NCBI GenBank assembly: GCA_003344405.1
Contig: NOWV01000022.1
Coordinates: 372,001 to 436,000, forward strand
Source of the DNA: Trichoplax sp. H2
Taxonomy: Eukaryota
DNA: 64,000 nt
Reading direction: 5' to 3'
Under the pieces are notes generated by a model. That model was given only the letters and a program-made list of their open reading frames with translations, was not told the DNA's origin and did not search any database. Made by a program: the position numbers and the translations under genes. Below, piece after piece: positions 26,409-40,000 of the stretch (position 1 is its first letter; every line of letters begins with the position of its first letter).

Positions 26409-29400
26409 TCATTTTGCGCTGGCGTTTGACGTCTCCTAATTAAAATCAGCATACAAACAAACTATAATTCAATCATATTTAATAACAACTACAATGGTTG
26501 AGTTTCTACTTTCGTATTTGATTAAGTTTTTGTTGTATGGAAATCAATTTTAGTCATGCCCGTGTGTAAAAACTGATGACTTGCCTAGGCTAAATATGAT
26601 AAAGTGGCTTAAAAATAATAAAATAAGAACTACGATGTCTTGTAAACTTCACTTTATTTCATAAATTAAGTTCGACTTGCAACTATAATTGTAATCTTAA
26701 GCTAATTTGGGTCTGGATGTAACAACTCAGTAGTTGGAACAAGACAACAAGACTTAGCTTAAGATACTAAGTCAAGTTTAGAACTAAAGTTATCAACAAC
26801 AGTTATCTATATTTCAAGAAAAATCATGGCTATATAGATAACGTTTATGCGTAAACATATTGCTATTGCTATCTCTATCACTTAATTTAGTTTTCATCAC
26901 CCTAGTAAATATGTAACAGATTTTCCTACGTTATCCCACTTTTTCTATGACTCTTGTCTAGAACAACGTTTGACGACTATAACATTAAACGTTCAATCGT
27001 AATCATAATATCAAAATATTCTAATAATAGCTTTACTACATTTAGTATCAATAAGGTATCGGCATGTCATCAAATACATAAGGATCTTCTAGAAATATAA
27101 ATGTCCTATTCTAAGACCTATTTTTACTTAAGTACATTTTAATGTCCAAAATTATAAGATTTATACTTTACAATACTAACGGTATTGTAACACTGTACTA
27201 CAACAAGATATATTGAAATAAAAAATTACCGCATTATAGCTGCTAATTCTAATTTTAATGATCTTAATCGTTATATCATACCTGTAATAATCTTCCTCTG
27301 GTTTCAATTGGTAAAGTCAGCGCGAGAATACCACTTGATAAACATAAAATTGTATAAATTAATAAGCCTGCCAGATTAGATTTGGGAAAGATGACCTGTA
27401 AATAAGAAAAAATTACACATTACACTTACAAAATTTCTAGTAAACTATTCGCTTAAAATTATCTTAATTGGTTTTAGGGACTGCTCGAAGGAAGAGAAAG
27501 TCCCTGCTAGTTGACTGCCTCTTAAATAAACCGCAAATACCCCTTTAATAAGCTACGGATCGTAAATTAAAAGTTATAATTAAGAAATAACCTGAGCTAC
27601 AAGAGGACTAATGAAAACACCAAAACGATTAGCAGCGCTACACATTCCAAGGCCAATAGCTCTAATGCTTGTAGGATATACCTAGAAATAATTCAGGTTA
27701 TGAAATAATTTAAAGTAATCTACCATAGTTGTCGAAAATTTCATTTAGACTTTACTAATGTTTTCATTAAATTATTACATCCTGCACTGCCATAAATTTA
27801 GCTAATTATATAATTATCTACTCATTCAGTTATTCTATGTTATTACAAGTTCTAACAAGTTTATATCAGGCTATGATACATTTTTATTAAACCGAAATAT
27901 TAAAGAGATGTAATATATAAAGCGATTTAGAAAAGCAATTTTTACCAGTACGTGTTATATATACATGTAGACGCATTAACAAATGTAAGTGCCGAAACAA
28001 ACTGGCACAAGGCTGCGATTTATATCCTGATCGAGATTATTAAGGCATAAAATACTACTAGTATCTTATTAAAATTAAAAATAGGGCGGAATGCATTAAT
28101 AGATTAGATTAATTTCATACCTCTGCTGTATAAAGGATTATCGTCTGAAACACTGCATTTGAGAATGCTCTAGTACAGCTTAATAGAATAGTTTTCGTCG
28201 CTCTATAACAAAGAACACATAACAGGTACATCAATTTGATAAATTAACCATTAGATAGGCAAACATTATTCACTATTAATAAATCCTAAAACTATATTTG
28301 CTCAACTTTATATATACAGATAGTCAATTAGGAGAAATATTATACTAATAAATATTGTAAAATGATATCTTAAAACATAATAATCTAAAGAACGGTTAAC
28401 CTAGTAATATTAGGAATATCAAAATGAAGTCTAATTGATACCGTAACATACAAATATAAAAGTTTAATATAAAGCCTTAGCCGTACAATAGGACCAGAGA
28501 TATTATAATTCTTTCCTCATGATCACCGTTAATATCTGTAATTTAATGACTATTCTGCCGTTACGTGACAAAAGGAAGCAAGGTCAATTTTTTCGAAAAT
28601 TGAGTTTATTGACTCTAATTAGTTATTAGGGTGTGATCTAACGGCAGACTAAATTTGATGCTGTTCCTAGTATTCTCTGCCTATTTTTTTACTCAATTGG
28701 TATGACCCATTGAAACGGAATTTCTACCATTATATCGTACGCTAAGTTCTACAAAGTTACTAAACATCGCTGAGATGGCTATATGGCCTTGCTTCCTTGT
28801 GTCATATAAGGGCAGTATTGGTAAGTATCGGAAACTATTAGAGTCATAATTGCAATCTATAGTAAATTTTTAGATAAAAGGTCCATAGATAACACAATAT
28901 GAAGTCCAAGCACATATTTATACTATAATAAGTGTTCTATCATAGCTGTGATAATAAAGGAGCATACAACATGGATCAGGACGGAGACGGTCTAATATCA
29001 TGCAATATCACACATCAGATACACAGCTACTAAACTTTAAAATTATACAACATATACTAGTATGCATAATTACTATCATTAATAATTTTATTTCAGGCAA
29101 AAGTTATATTGAGAGAATTGTTTGTATTCCAAACTTACGATGAAGTACATGCTATTAAAAACGGAATGGGAATTCCTGCTAGGAAAAACTGCAACGCTAT
29201 ACCTTTCCTTCTTCCCAGTAATTGAATTATAATAAAGGAGACTATTAACCCTACCAAAAATAAGGCAAGTGATCATTAAGCATATTTATTAATTACGCTT
29301 AGACATTATATTCAATTGACGTCCTGGTATAAATCGAAAACTTATATTTAGGAGACTTAATGCTAAAACAAGAAACATATGACATTATGAGTCCATTGTT

Positions 29401-32400
29401 AGATTTATCCTGCCGAAATCTACCTGCAGAATAATCCTGAATACTAATGATCTCCTGTCATCAGGAGTCTATCTTAGACAAAAACTGAAACCAAGCTTTA
29501 TTAAAAGTCAGTCAATCTATAGTACAATGACAGTAACATTAGTTATCCTTACTTAAATAATACTTGCATTATAAAATTTTGCATTTATCTATAAAAGAAT
29601 ATATAATGTCATAGACAACAAATAGCAAAGTATACTATCCGATGAAAATAAGATAAGCATTAATTAGCAAAAATCACTTCATGACATGTCGTTTTACGTA
29701 TAGCTATACTTATTTACAGCATATTTAATTATTCAAGTTACTAACCAGGAATCTCAGCGAATGCTGTAGCTATAAGATATTGATAATGTTTGGTGGTTAA
29801 TGGCTTACAGGAGCAATCACTAATCGTGTTCCTTACAGTGTTATCATTTCCTAACAGATTTTAATTTTTACCAGGTAAGTCTGATTGTCATAATTGCGAC
29901 GATAATATTAATAATAAAACATGTTGTGTAAATTGTGTTATTTGATTACCACAATTTTGATTGACAAGCAGAAGTGGGGATAATAAAATCATACCAAAAT
30001 AGCAAAACCCAGCGCTGCTCCTAATTCATAGAAATCATTACTTAAATACATGAAATAATTACTACTTACTAATGTCTTTCTGATATTTAATATCTATCCG
30101 TGCCATAGGTAGTAGCAATAAGTCGATACTACTTATGATAGCATAAGCTACTCAAAAAATTATTACAGCAGTACCTAAGAATATAAATATCTTGATTAGC
30201 TATGTAATTTATTGACAACAAATAAACAAACTTACCAAATAAGAAATAATAAAATTGTTGTCTTTCGATGTTGCTTCTTGAATAAGGTACGGATTTGTCC
30301 AAGACTATCCTATGATTGGAAATGAATATTTCTCACTGTAAGTGCAATCTTTTATAAATATATATCTTCTATTCTAAATATATGCTCCGTAGATATATCA
30401 AAATACATATGTAATAATTCGACCGTATCTAATGTAGAAGTTCTATGATTATAATAGACCTTTTCTGGTACAATGAGATCTCCTTCTAAAAGAGATACTC
30501 CATTTGCTTTAGCACCATCAGCTAAGACCTTAAGGGTTTTGTTACGTTGACCAGAAACTAGATAGAATCGGGGAGATTCAGGTACGAACTAAGATATAGA
30601 AATGTTAGTATTAGTAACGCCATTTTTGTTTTAGCAAACTAAATTGTAATAGCGTTCTTAACATTTCCTACCTTGTATAAAAGGCAGAATGCAAGGCATG
30701 GGATACTAGCAAATCCAAGAACGTATCGCCAATCTAGTGTTGGCATAACAAGCATCGCTATTAAATTGGTAAGACAGCCACCGATAGACCAAAATACCTA
30801 CCAAGTCATGAAAGTATTCAAATTAATATATTTAAAATTTTAACTATTTAAAATATTCATATTTAAAATAGAGTAGAAAATTAATAGTTATACCGCAAGG
30901 ACAAGTATTGATAGGCATCGATAAATTTCTGGTAAAAACTCGCAGTAAATAGTAACTCTAATTCGATAGAATAGTTTCGAAATGCATTTAAAACAGTAGT
31001 CATGCTTAATTAATTAGTTTATAAAAATTTGTATTCTAATAATATCATACTAAAAGATTAATCGTTTCAAGCTGTAACTGAATTATATTGGTAGTACCAT
31101 CTCATATAATACACGATAGCGTTACTAGCAATGTTAGATATCTTACACTTGGATAGCACCAGAAATACCAAAGCCAGTAAGACCTCGTGTAAATACTATC
31201 CAAAAAAAACTTGGAGAAGTGGCAGAGAGTAGAGCATAAACAAATGTCCATAAAGTGGAATAGAAAACCGCCTATTTATGAAAAAGATAGAAACAGAGTA
31301 AAAATTTGTAAAGGATTGAATACTTTGAACAGCATCGGGCGGTTTCAAGTTTCTATGATTTATAAGAACTAGACTAGACAATTTTAAGTTTTAGTGTGCT
31401 TAACTAGACAAAAACAGAATATTTTAAATTAATGGTAGATAATTACAAGGTTCTACTCTTTAATTCCTTAGAAATAGATCTTTCCATCTAAAGAATTTAA
31501 CTTATTTATTAGGTAATTTCAGAAATTAAACGTAGCTGAATCTCTAATACTAATCAATTACAAAGATCTATATATAATTAAAATAAAACTTATTATAGCA
31601 ACTTTAACACCCACTTTGATTAGGTAAATATCACTAGTCAATATTTCGAAGTAATACCTAGATCTTAAAGTTCGATACTCTGATATATGAGTAGAAAAAT
31701 ATTTATATTGATCTTCATATTTGATTTATTTAACTAGGGAGATATGGAATATATTCTGACTAACACTAGACGATTTTAAACTTTCATATTCTAAATTATC
31801 GAAGCTTAATACATGAATACAGTCATCTTAATAATTAGGTATATTTTATTTTGTAGGTGATAGTTTAAATAATGATTGTAATCAGTATTTAGAAATATAT
31901 TGACTGTGAAAAAACTAAAGATATAGATGGATACGCATTTCATAATACAATCAATCTATACTATGCGCTATACTGCTTTAATCCGATTGTATCATTTATC
32001 AACAAATATTAAATTATACTCTAACACGATACCATTTTCCTTCCGTAAACATCAGAATACCATCCCCAAACAGGGTCACCAATGAACATACCAATAAATG
32101 ATACCTGAAGAAGTTCAATTTATTAACAAAATTATACTACTTGCTTTGATATTGCTCTCTTTTATTAATTTTAGATAATTCAAAATAAATTTTATCTCTC
32201 TTAATAGAACTACCATTGATATCAAAGCTGCTTGTATTGAAGAAATATTCCAAGCGCATTCTAAAGCACTGGTTAAAATAGATTGGAGGTATACCTCCAT
32301 ACCAGCCACAATCTACAGTAAGCCATCAGAAAGTACATCCATTGTTTTCATCATATTTATAATATAAAAATAGAATCAAGTTGTTTTCTTTACTTATATA

Positions 32401-33990
32401 GAAGAATATTAATTATTCTCATCATATTATGATAAAAGCAGTCGCTACTTCCACGTAAGAGGTTAGATACTACGTTCATAGTCATTAATAAAATATCAAT
32501 AAATAGGATTAGAGCGGTATCTAAGCCAGGATTGTTAATCTAGAATAGCAAAAGTGGATACGCTCGCCATCATTTCTGATTGAAACATATATAATACCAC
32601 GGAGGTGTAGAATCTGTGCCTACCTAAAACAACACATGTATCTCAATATATTGTATGCCATTTCCAGTATCTAAGTAGTCATTCTCTCAAGAAAAAACTA
32701 GCGTTAATTCAATGTTTTTTTCTTAAGTTTGATTGACACTTTCAAGATATGAATATAAGTTGATGTACGGTACTCGTCATCATTTCTAATTAAAATATAT
32801 ATAATATCGTAGAAGTGCAGGATGTGTGCTTATTTTAAACAATACACATATCCGGATATATACTGTGCATATTTCTAAAGTTTATGCATTATTCTTTAAA
32901 GAAAAAACTAGCCGTAATTTAATGTTTTTCTCTTAAGTTTGATTAACACTCCCAAGATATGCATCTAAAATGCAAGCTGGAGTGATCGCTGACTGAATAT
33001 CCTGCTGTAAGATCGTTATTCATGGCTAATATAAAATAAATTGTCAGTTGCAGTATTGTACCATCACTGAATTAATAATGATAGGATAGTTTTTATCAGT
33101 TCCAACATTATTATTTACCAGCTACAGGACTATTTTTTAATTTTTATCAATACAGACTTAATTTAGTCGTCTTTGCTTTGTAAAAATCGATCGAAATAGC
33201 GGACATAGTACACTCTTAGTTTGGTAGAGTTATTCTAAAGTTGTAAGCAATGTACAATAGGCTACTTAATTTCGTTAAAGGCTAATTTTGATTCAATTTA
33301 GCATAACATTCGTTGACTAGTAAAATAATTTTATTCGGCGTAGTATTGCCTACACCAAGAAATTAATATGGTATCAATTTCTATCTGCTTGACTAACCCA
33401 AATACAGCCTGCCAAGAATGTAAGTTTAATTTGATACGGACCAAACCCAATATGATTGATATACTCTTCAATAGAATAAGCCTTTCTAAGATTAAAATCT
33501 GCGATAAAATAAAGAAACTTTATCAATTTTGCTACTTGAAACTGTATAAGTTTGGACAAAAGCTTTTGCTGCCATCCTTAAGCCAAAAATGTTTTTGATA
33601 TAAATTGAGGCGATTAGACAAATTTTATATCCGGTAATGATGAGTGGCAAATATCATAGACAGTATTAGTAAATCGTACTTAAAGAAGTATAAAATAGAC
33701 TAAAATAGTATTTCGGCCATTTAAACTATTGCGATTCTATTACAGATTAATGATCTTTCTAGGAATATCAAGGAAGTTGGGAAATGGGCCAGGATCACTG
33801 AATGCATTCTGAATAGTAAATGTTATCATTTTAAGTTTATACTGATAACTGCTAACTTACGCTGCTATATTATAGGGTTGACATAAAATTAGAAAGTCAA
33901 AGCAAGTACTTTTTATACTTTACTAGATAAATTGGATGTTGTTGATTGCTTTAATAGTCTTTCCCTAACTTCTGAGTCTGTTTCAGCCAT
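26409..33990 (-). CDS. SVOP: SVOP-like MFS transporter, copy C (most divergent), 16 coding exons
   Basis: Exon 1 from ATG 33990 (MAETDSEVRERLLKQ). IGFGPYQ ~33445, VAGMEVYL ~32305, SDVYGRK ~32050, CEFLP ~30940, PESPRFY ~30575, LGRRK ~29210, YTAE|VYPT 28125/27680, LPIETRGRLLQ ~27290. Probable last exon 26435-26409 ETSNASAK* (less certain). Confidence 0.87.
28552..28818. mobile_element. MITE-like non-autonomous element (~265 bp) in an SVOP-C intron
   Basis: Left end attctgccgttacgtgacaaaaggaagcaaggtca matches the reverse complement of the right end, atactgcccttatatgacacaaggaagcaaggcca (~35-bp imperfect TIR). No coding capacity; target-site duplication not clear. Confidence 0.7.
32689..32961. 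repeat. Two copies of a ~62-bp direct repeat in SVOP-C intron 2
   Basis: aagaaaaaactagc...aatgttttt..cttaagttt.gatt.acact..caagatatg at ~32689 and ~32899. Confidence 0.75.
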
Positions 33991-35193
33991 GTTTCTCTTT
34001 CGCAGTACGCGTACTATTTTATACCGAAATAACTATCGATTAACACAATCTTAAGAACTGAGTAAATCACAACTTAATTCTAGTCGATAGCTATAGCACA
34101 ATTGAGGTTGAAATAGGTTGTTTTCTATCCAAACTGATGATAAAATGACAGGTTTATCGATTTATTGAAAGAGCTGTATAAAATTATAGAACTTTAAATA
34201 CACTAGAAAATGCTATTACTGACAAACTACGATCGAAAATAACGTCCTTGAGTTCGTTTTCCAGAGTTATAACGCTGTAAAAGTATCTATTCTATGAACA
34301 ACATGTATTTAAGAGTAATTTTTCGACACTATATTATACATGGGTTCTAATCCTATAGTTTCTATCGTCAATAAACTCAAGCAAAAATAGATCTTAGACT
34401 GTTGCAGTATTCTAAGATATCTACATTTAAAATTACTATTTTATATCTGTCTTCTCGTTAGCTTCAACGAGAATTTTACTCAATAGCCATTGATTCTGCA
34501 ATGGGCTAGGCCGACGGAACGATCAACAGGTCTATTCTTAAGCAATTGTAAGTACCATCCCATAGGGATTTTGTGGCTATGGCATTGTTTTATTCAATTG
34601 TAATCTAGCTATTTATCTTATTGTAAAGTAACTTACTATAGTGATTGTAGACTATTAGCCATGTTTAGTGTGATGTACAGAAGTGTCTTTTCTATATTTA
34701 TCTTATGATACAGTATATTTAGTAGCCCATAATTATACAGTAGGCCGTAAGAATAGACTCTATGCTAGAGTACAGATGACCATATACAGTAAGGTGTTGA
34801 GCTACTAATAAGGTTAGAGGTAGAAATAGATATGTAAATCATATAGTAGTATATGCTTAGTTCATTGTACTTTGAGTGGTAGGAATAATGTCTACGAAAA
34901 TACAGTAATCATTTCTATACTGGATTAATGATGGTTCGTTATAAAATATTGGAACTAATAATAAGCTGAATATGTGTAAAATATAGTAGAATGCTGCTAT
35001 GCTGATTGTAGCTACGAAACACTACGGAGAGTATAAAAGCTGGAAACATTAGATTATCTGATTGTTCTTTCTAGAAATTTTTCAGTAGTTATATTCGGCT
35101 AGATTAGGGCAGCATGTAGCTAGTCTTTGTATGAGATCTAATAAAGCTCCAATTTTCTACAACTTTGGAATTTTCGTGATCGGATTTTATCAC

Positions 35194-35320
35194 GCTTATC
35201 TATATATAATCCTACTTAGCCAAAAAACATATTTTAAACCACCAAAGCTATTCGAATGATTTAATAGCTTTGATGGCTTCAATATATTTTATGCTATCTA
35301 GAAGTTATGCATAAATAAGC
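35194..35320. repeat. Imperfect inverted repeat (fold-back, ~58-bp arms, ~10-nt loop) between divergent SVOP-C and SVOP-D
   Basis: gcttatc...aaaacatattttaaaccaccaaagctatt-(cgaatgattt)-aatagctttgatggcttcaatatatttt...aataagc. Confidence 0.75.
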
Positions 35321-37038
35321 TATGATGGTTTAAAATATATTTAAAGCTTTTATGTTCAAACATAAATAAGTTTTGATGATTTAAAATATGATTCTATACT
35401 ATCTAGAGATTACATATAAAGATTAATAATTTCGGCATATCTGTAGTATTGGCTTAATGTTTAAATGAGTAAGCAAATCCTCTTAGTAGTAGTATGGTAT
35501 CTTAGTAGTCTAGTCTAAGAATTGACGTATATATCTTATGGTTGATTTCCCTACTACTTGGAGTGCTAACTCCTATCGGAACGTTAAGTAACCTTTTTAT
35601 ATAATAATAACGAACTTCAATTACAGTCTCGACAGGAGTTTACTCATCAAGTAGCACGTAAATCAATCAAAAGACAAATATACTAATTCTTAAATTAGAT
35701 TGTTACAAAGCTATAATACTACGAATAGAATTTGCTGAGTCATTGAAACATAAAGCTAATATTGTAGATACGCTAGGATTAGTAATCTTCATACTTAATA
35801 CTTAGATAGCAAAATAATATACCGTAATTTTAATCATCTAAGCTATTCGAATAACTTAAATTATTGCTCTATATAGTTATTGTACGTAAAAATCAACAGG
35901 CAGTTCATTCAAGCTAAATATAAAGAATTGATCACTTTATTAGTTCAATGTTATTTATGTAATTTAAAAGAGGGGAAAATGATTAGTGTAATCGATATTT
36001 ACTACCGATAGCATATTTAAATGATTGCAATTTATGTTAGCAACCCGCGTTAGCGTAATGCCGAAGATACAATGATATCAATATAAAGACCTATTAACCC
36101 ATCACATTATTTCGATCACCTTTACGCCAAAAATACTACATATTCGAATTAAAACCACGATATACTCGTTTCTTTGAATTTCCATCAATAAATGATGTCA
36201 GATACTGAAGAATGATTAAAAAAAGTCTATGAAAATAGTTGCTTAATTGCATACTAAATTAGATGAACAAAGCAACGGATATCTGAGTAGTTATATTAAA
36301 TATTGATAGTAATTTACATGCAAAAATCAGGCTTGCAAAGTGGTAATCAATCAAGATGGGATTGAATTAAGAAAAACTCACAAAATCACGATAACTATCT
36401 GAATTTGTACCAATACTAATGTTAATACTGAAGATTAGAAATAGTTTGGAAAGGTAGTTGCAGGATCATGAGCGGAATCACTCGAATAGATGACCTAAAA
36501 AGCACCGTAATTTTGTTAATGCATTTAAATACAGTAAAAATCAACCCTGTAATATAATAGAAGAAATTAGTTCTATAGTAATCCTAACAGCATAGTTCTA
36601 TCGTTATAATAAGATCATTTTTAGCATACTTCAAACTGAAGTAGTTCCGAAGTTAATTTATTTAGAGCAATTTTATACCTCAGTTATCAATTAAATTAAT
36701 AAACGATGAATAAAACTCTAGTTTAAATATTCAACTCTTGTACTACTAGTGACCTTTGGACAATGGCCTCTGCTCCCTTGCATTTGTATTATTATTATAC
36801 GAGCTAAGGTAATTAATTGCTTTTCTATTAACTATCTTACTATACATTAAGCTTAAAGTCTTATTTAATGTCACTGCAAGATATTGTACACGTACATGTA
36901 TCTCATCAGGATCTAATACGCGATAATAACGCTTCCTTTCAGACACTCTCATACCAAGCATGTCTCTATAGACTCGTTTTATATACAAATATCTACATGG
37001 GTTCCTACTAGGACATTGTAAACCTGTTTAAAAATCTA

Positions 37039-40000
37039 ATGATGGCCAGTTTAAATTTAACTGGTGAAATATTTGCAAGCAATTCCGAACATTCAATCGA
37101 TAATCATTCAGTACTTGGTGATCAATTAGGTACATGAAAGATAATTTCGAACTGAGAATTTCGTGATATCGGATGATTTCAGAATTAGAGACTTTTCAGA
37201 TACAACAAAATTATATAATGCCTAGTAGTTGATTGCAAATTGAGAAGAAAAATAATTTTACATATCATGGTCAGGAACTATTTACATTCGTTGATCAGTT
37301 CTTTAACTTTATGGTTGCTGTTAGAAATAATATACAAAATATGTGCGAGATCTTTGATATAACATTTCTCACTTCCATATTAGATTGCGACCAAGACCGC
37401 ACAGTCGAAGATTGTATTAACTCGATAGGATTTGGCAAGTATCAAATTCGACTATTATTATTGGCAGGATGCGATACGGTAAGATAAATGAGGGTAATTA
37501 TAGATTAATTCAGATTTTAAACAATTTTTCTTATAAAGTCTTCTTATAATAGGAAAGTATAATCTACAAATAGGATAAGAAATAAAACTTACACTTTTTT
37601 CTATTATTGAATTCAAAATATTTATTTGACAACTCCGATCCAATATTATTGCAGTCGATCTTATCATAGATCTGATTGATTAATTCTACCTTTTAAGTTT
37701 AATATACAACAAAATAAAACACTAGATATAAAATAATGATAGATATATTACTAATCACCTACATAGTTTAGATTCTATCAGATAATACAGCATTTATTCT
37801 TATGACTTCATTAATCACCAGAGTTGTATCTGTACAATCCATTCTAACGACATTCAATATCGGTCATATTCCAATCTAATTTAGAGCACACATCAGAAAT
37901 GCTAATTGAAGCCATTTTTATTTTATATTTCTTAAATGACGATAATTATTTATTTAGGCTAGCCTGTCGATAGGTGGATAATACTGTATTTATAATGTCA
38001 AGATACGTAAACACAAAATGTCCGAATCTTAGTAATGATAATTTTAGTACTAATAGGTTAGGATTTAATGATACATATTAACCGAATTCTATCATACTCT
38101 ACATTACCTAGCTACGATTCTTTCGGGCCAATAGTAATTCTATCTCACTCAAGCCTGCCTTAATTCTATCTATGGACTAGCTGAAACACGTATTTTTTAT
38201 ATTGATTACGAAATTAGCTCGTTGATGCCATGGAAGTCATGTTATTAGCCATTATTGGACCTGTACTTTTATGTGAATGGTCTCTATCGCCATGGCAAGA
38301 AGCTTTCATGACAACGGTATCGATATCCAGATTTTAACAGCTACCAGATATACTACATGTACATTGTACAGTAATCGACGGACCTATGGATATATCATAG
38401 ATATTAACGCAGAAACGAATACTATTTGAACTAAATCTTCGTAATCGTCGATAAATTATAATATTGCCAATGTATAAACTACTTATATTATAACCAATAA
38501 TTTGATGGACTTGCAGCTGATTATTATATCATTCTCTAAGGAGCTATATTGTTTTGTGCACAGTATTGAAGACTGTAGTTGCAACCACCACATAATCATA
38601 ATTATGGAAGTACTCCAATAAAATTATGAGATACGCCACAGTTATACGGTAGTAGGCTCACGAGTTATACTGGGCAGTAAACTCAAACTAATATGGGATG
38701 AATACGATAGAAATGGAGATTGCAATCCTATTATGATAGCCAGACCCGTTATTGTAACGGGAATTTACTGCTAGTTGCTTTAATTTATTTTCTATATTCT
38801 TTTACAGTTCGTTTTTATTGGGATAGGTATTGGCGCACTCTTTTGGGGTTGGATATGTGATATCTATGGCCGTAAATTGGTAAATTGTCTCAAATATACT
38901 ATTTGATCACGATCATACAATATTATTATTTTGCTAACAATCCATAACAGACAAGATCATGACGTCAGTAATTAGTGATTGATCTGCTAATAGCAGAAAT
39001 GCAATAATGGCTGCTTACTTTGCCAAACAGTATCATATCGTATCTAGATACTAATTGCAGCTTATCAAATACGGTCACTTTGCATATCTTAAATTATAAA
39101 TATGGACCTAATTTTACAATGCTATGCAAGCTATTCAATTGGTAATATGTTATATGAATTATTTTTATTATACAACTTATTGAAACACTTTGGTTTTGCA
39201 ACAAATACTCAGTAGTCTTAGGGTTAAAATATTCTGGACCGGAAATAGATATTTAAAAAACATTATTCTACTGTAACCTGGAGATAATGTGGACAAATCT
39301 ATAAATTTCCGATATAAAATCTATTTAGTAACGTAGTGTACAATTGATAGTGTTTACATAAGGTATTTAAGATCATACTAATTTTCATCCCGCTTAAGTT
39401 TTGCTAGGGCGATCTTAAGGAATACAAGTGATTTAGTCAGCAATATAGAATTCATAACTCTGTCACTTTGCTGAGAATAGTCTTTAAATTAGCTCGTATG
39501 GCATCTATTTTAAGTATTTTAATCTTATATATTTGTTAATTTATTAGGGTGTACTCTCAGCAGCTATCCTAACATTCTACTACGGGTTTCTGTGTTCTTT
39601 TTCTCCAAGTTATTTCTGGATTATTTGTACAAGAGCATTAACTGGATTCAGTTTATCGGGATCTACTCAAATGTATGCCATTACATAAAATTTTTAAAGT
39701 GCTTTAGCCATTCTAACGATCATAAACAAAAAACTCTCACAACTGTGATTAAAATAGTAGATAGTGCATCTACTGATGGTAATTCATGAACATCTCATAA
39801 CAAGAATAAATTACTACTAACGTACCTTTATTGTTCGATGCTAATATTCTGCATTTATCGTCATTGAATTGATAGGGTGACAATTCTTAGTGAATTTTTG
39901 CCGACGCCCATTAGAGCTCGAGCTGTCATCTTTCTCTCGGTACTTATGCAGAATTAAATGCAGCGAACAAAACTAAGTCCTTTATAACCCAATACTCTAT

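Noticed and set aside
36468..36560. Alternative first exon for SVOP-D (ATG 36468)
   Set aside because: Exon 37039-37129 has the required phase 1 and resembles exon 1 of copies A and B.
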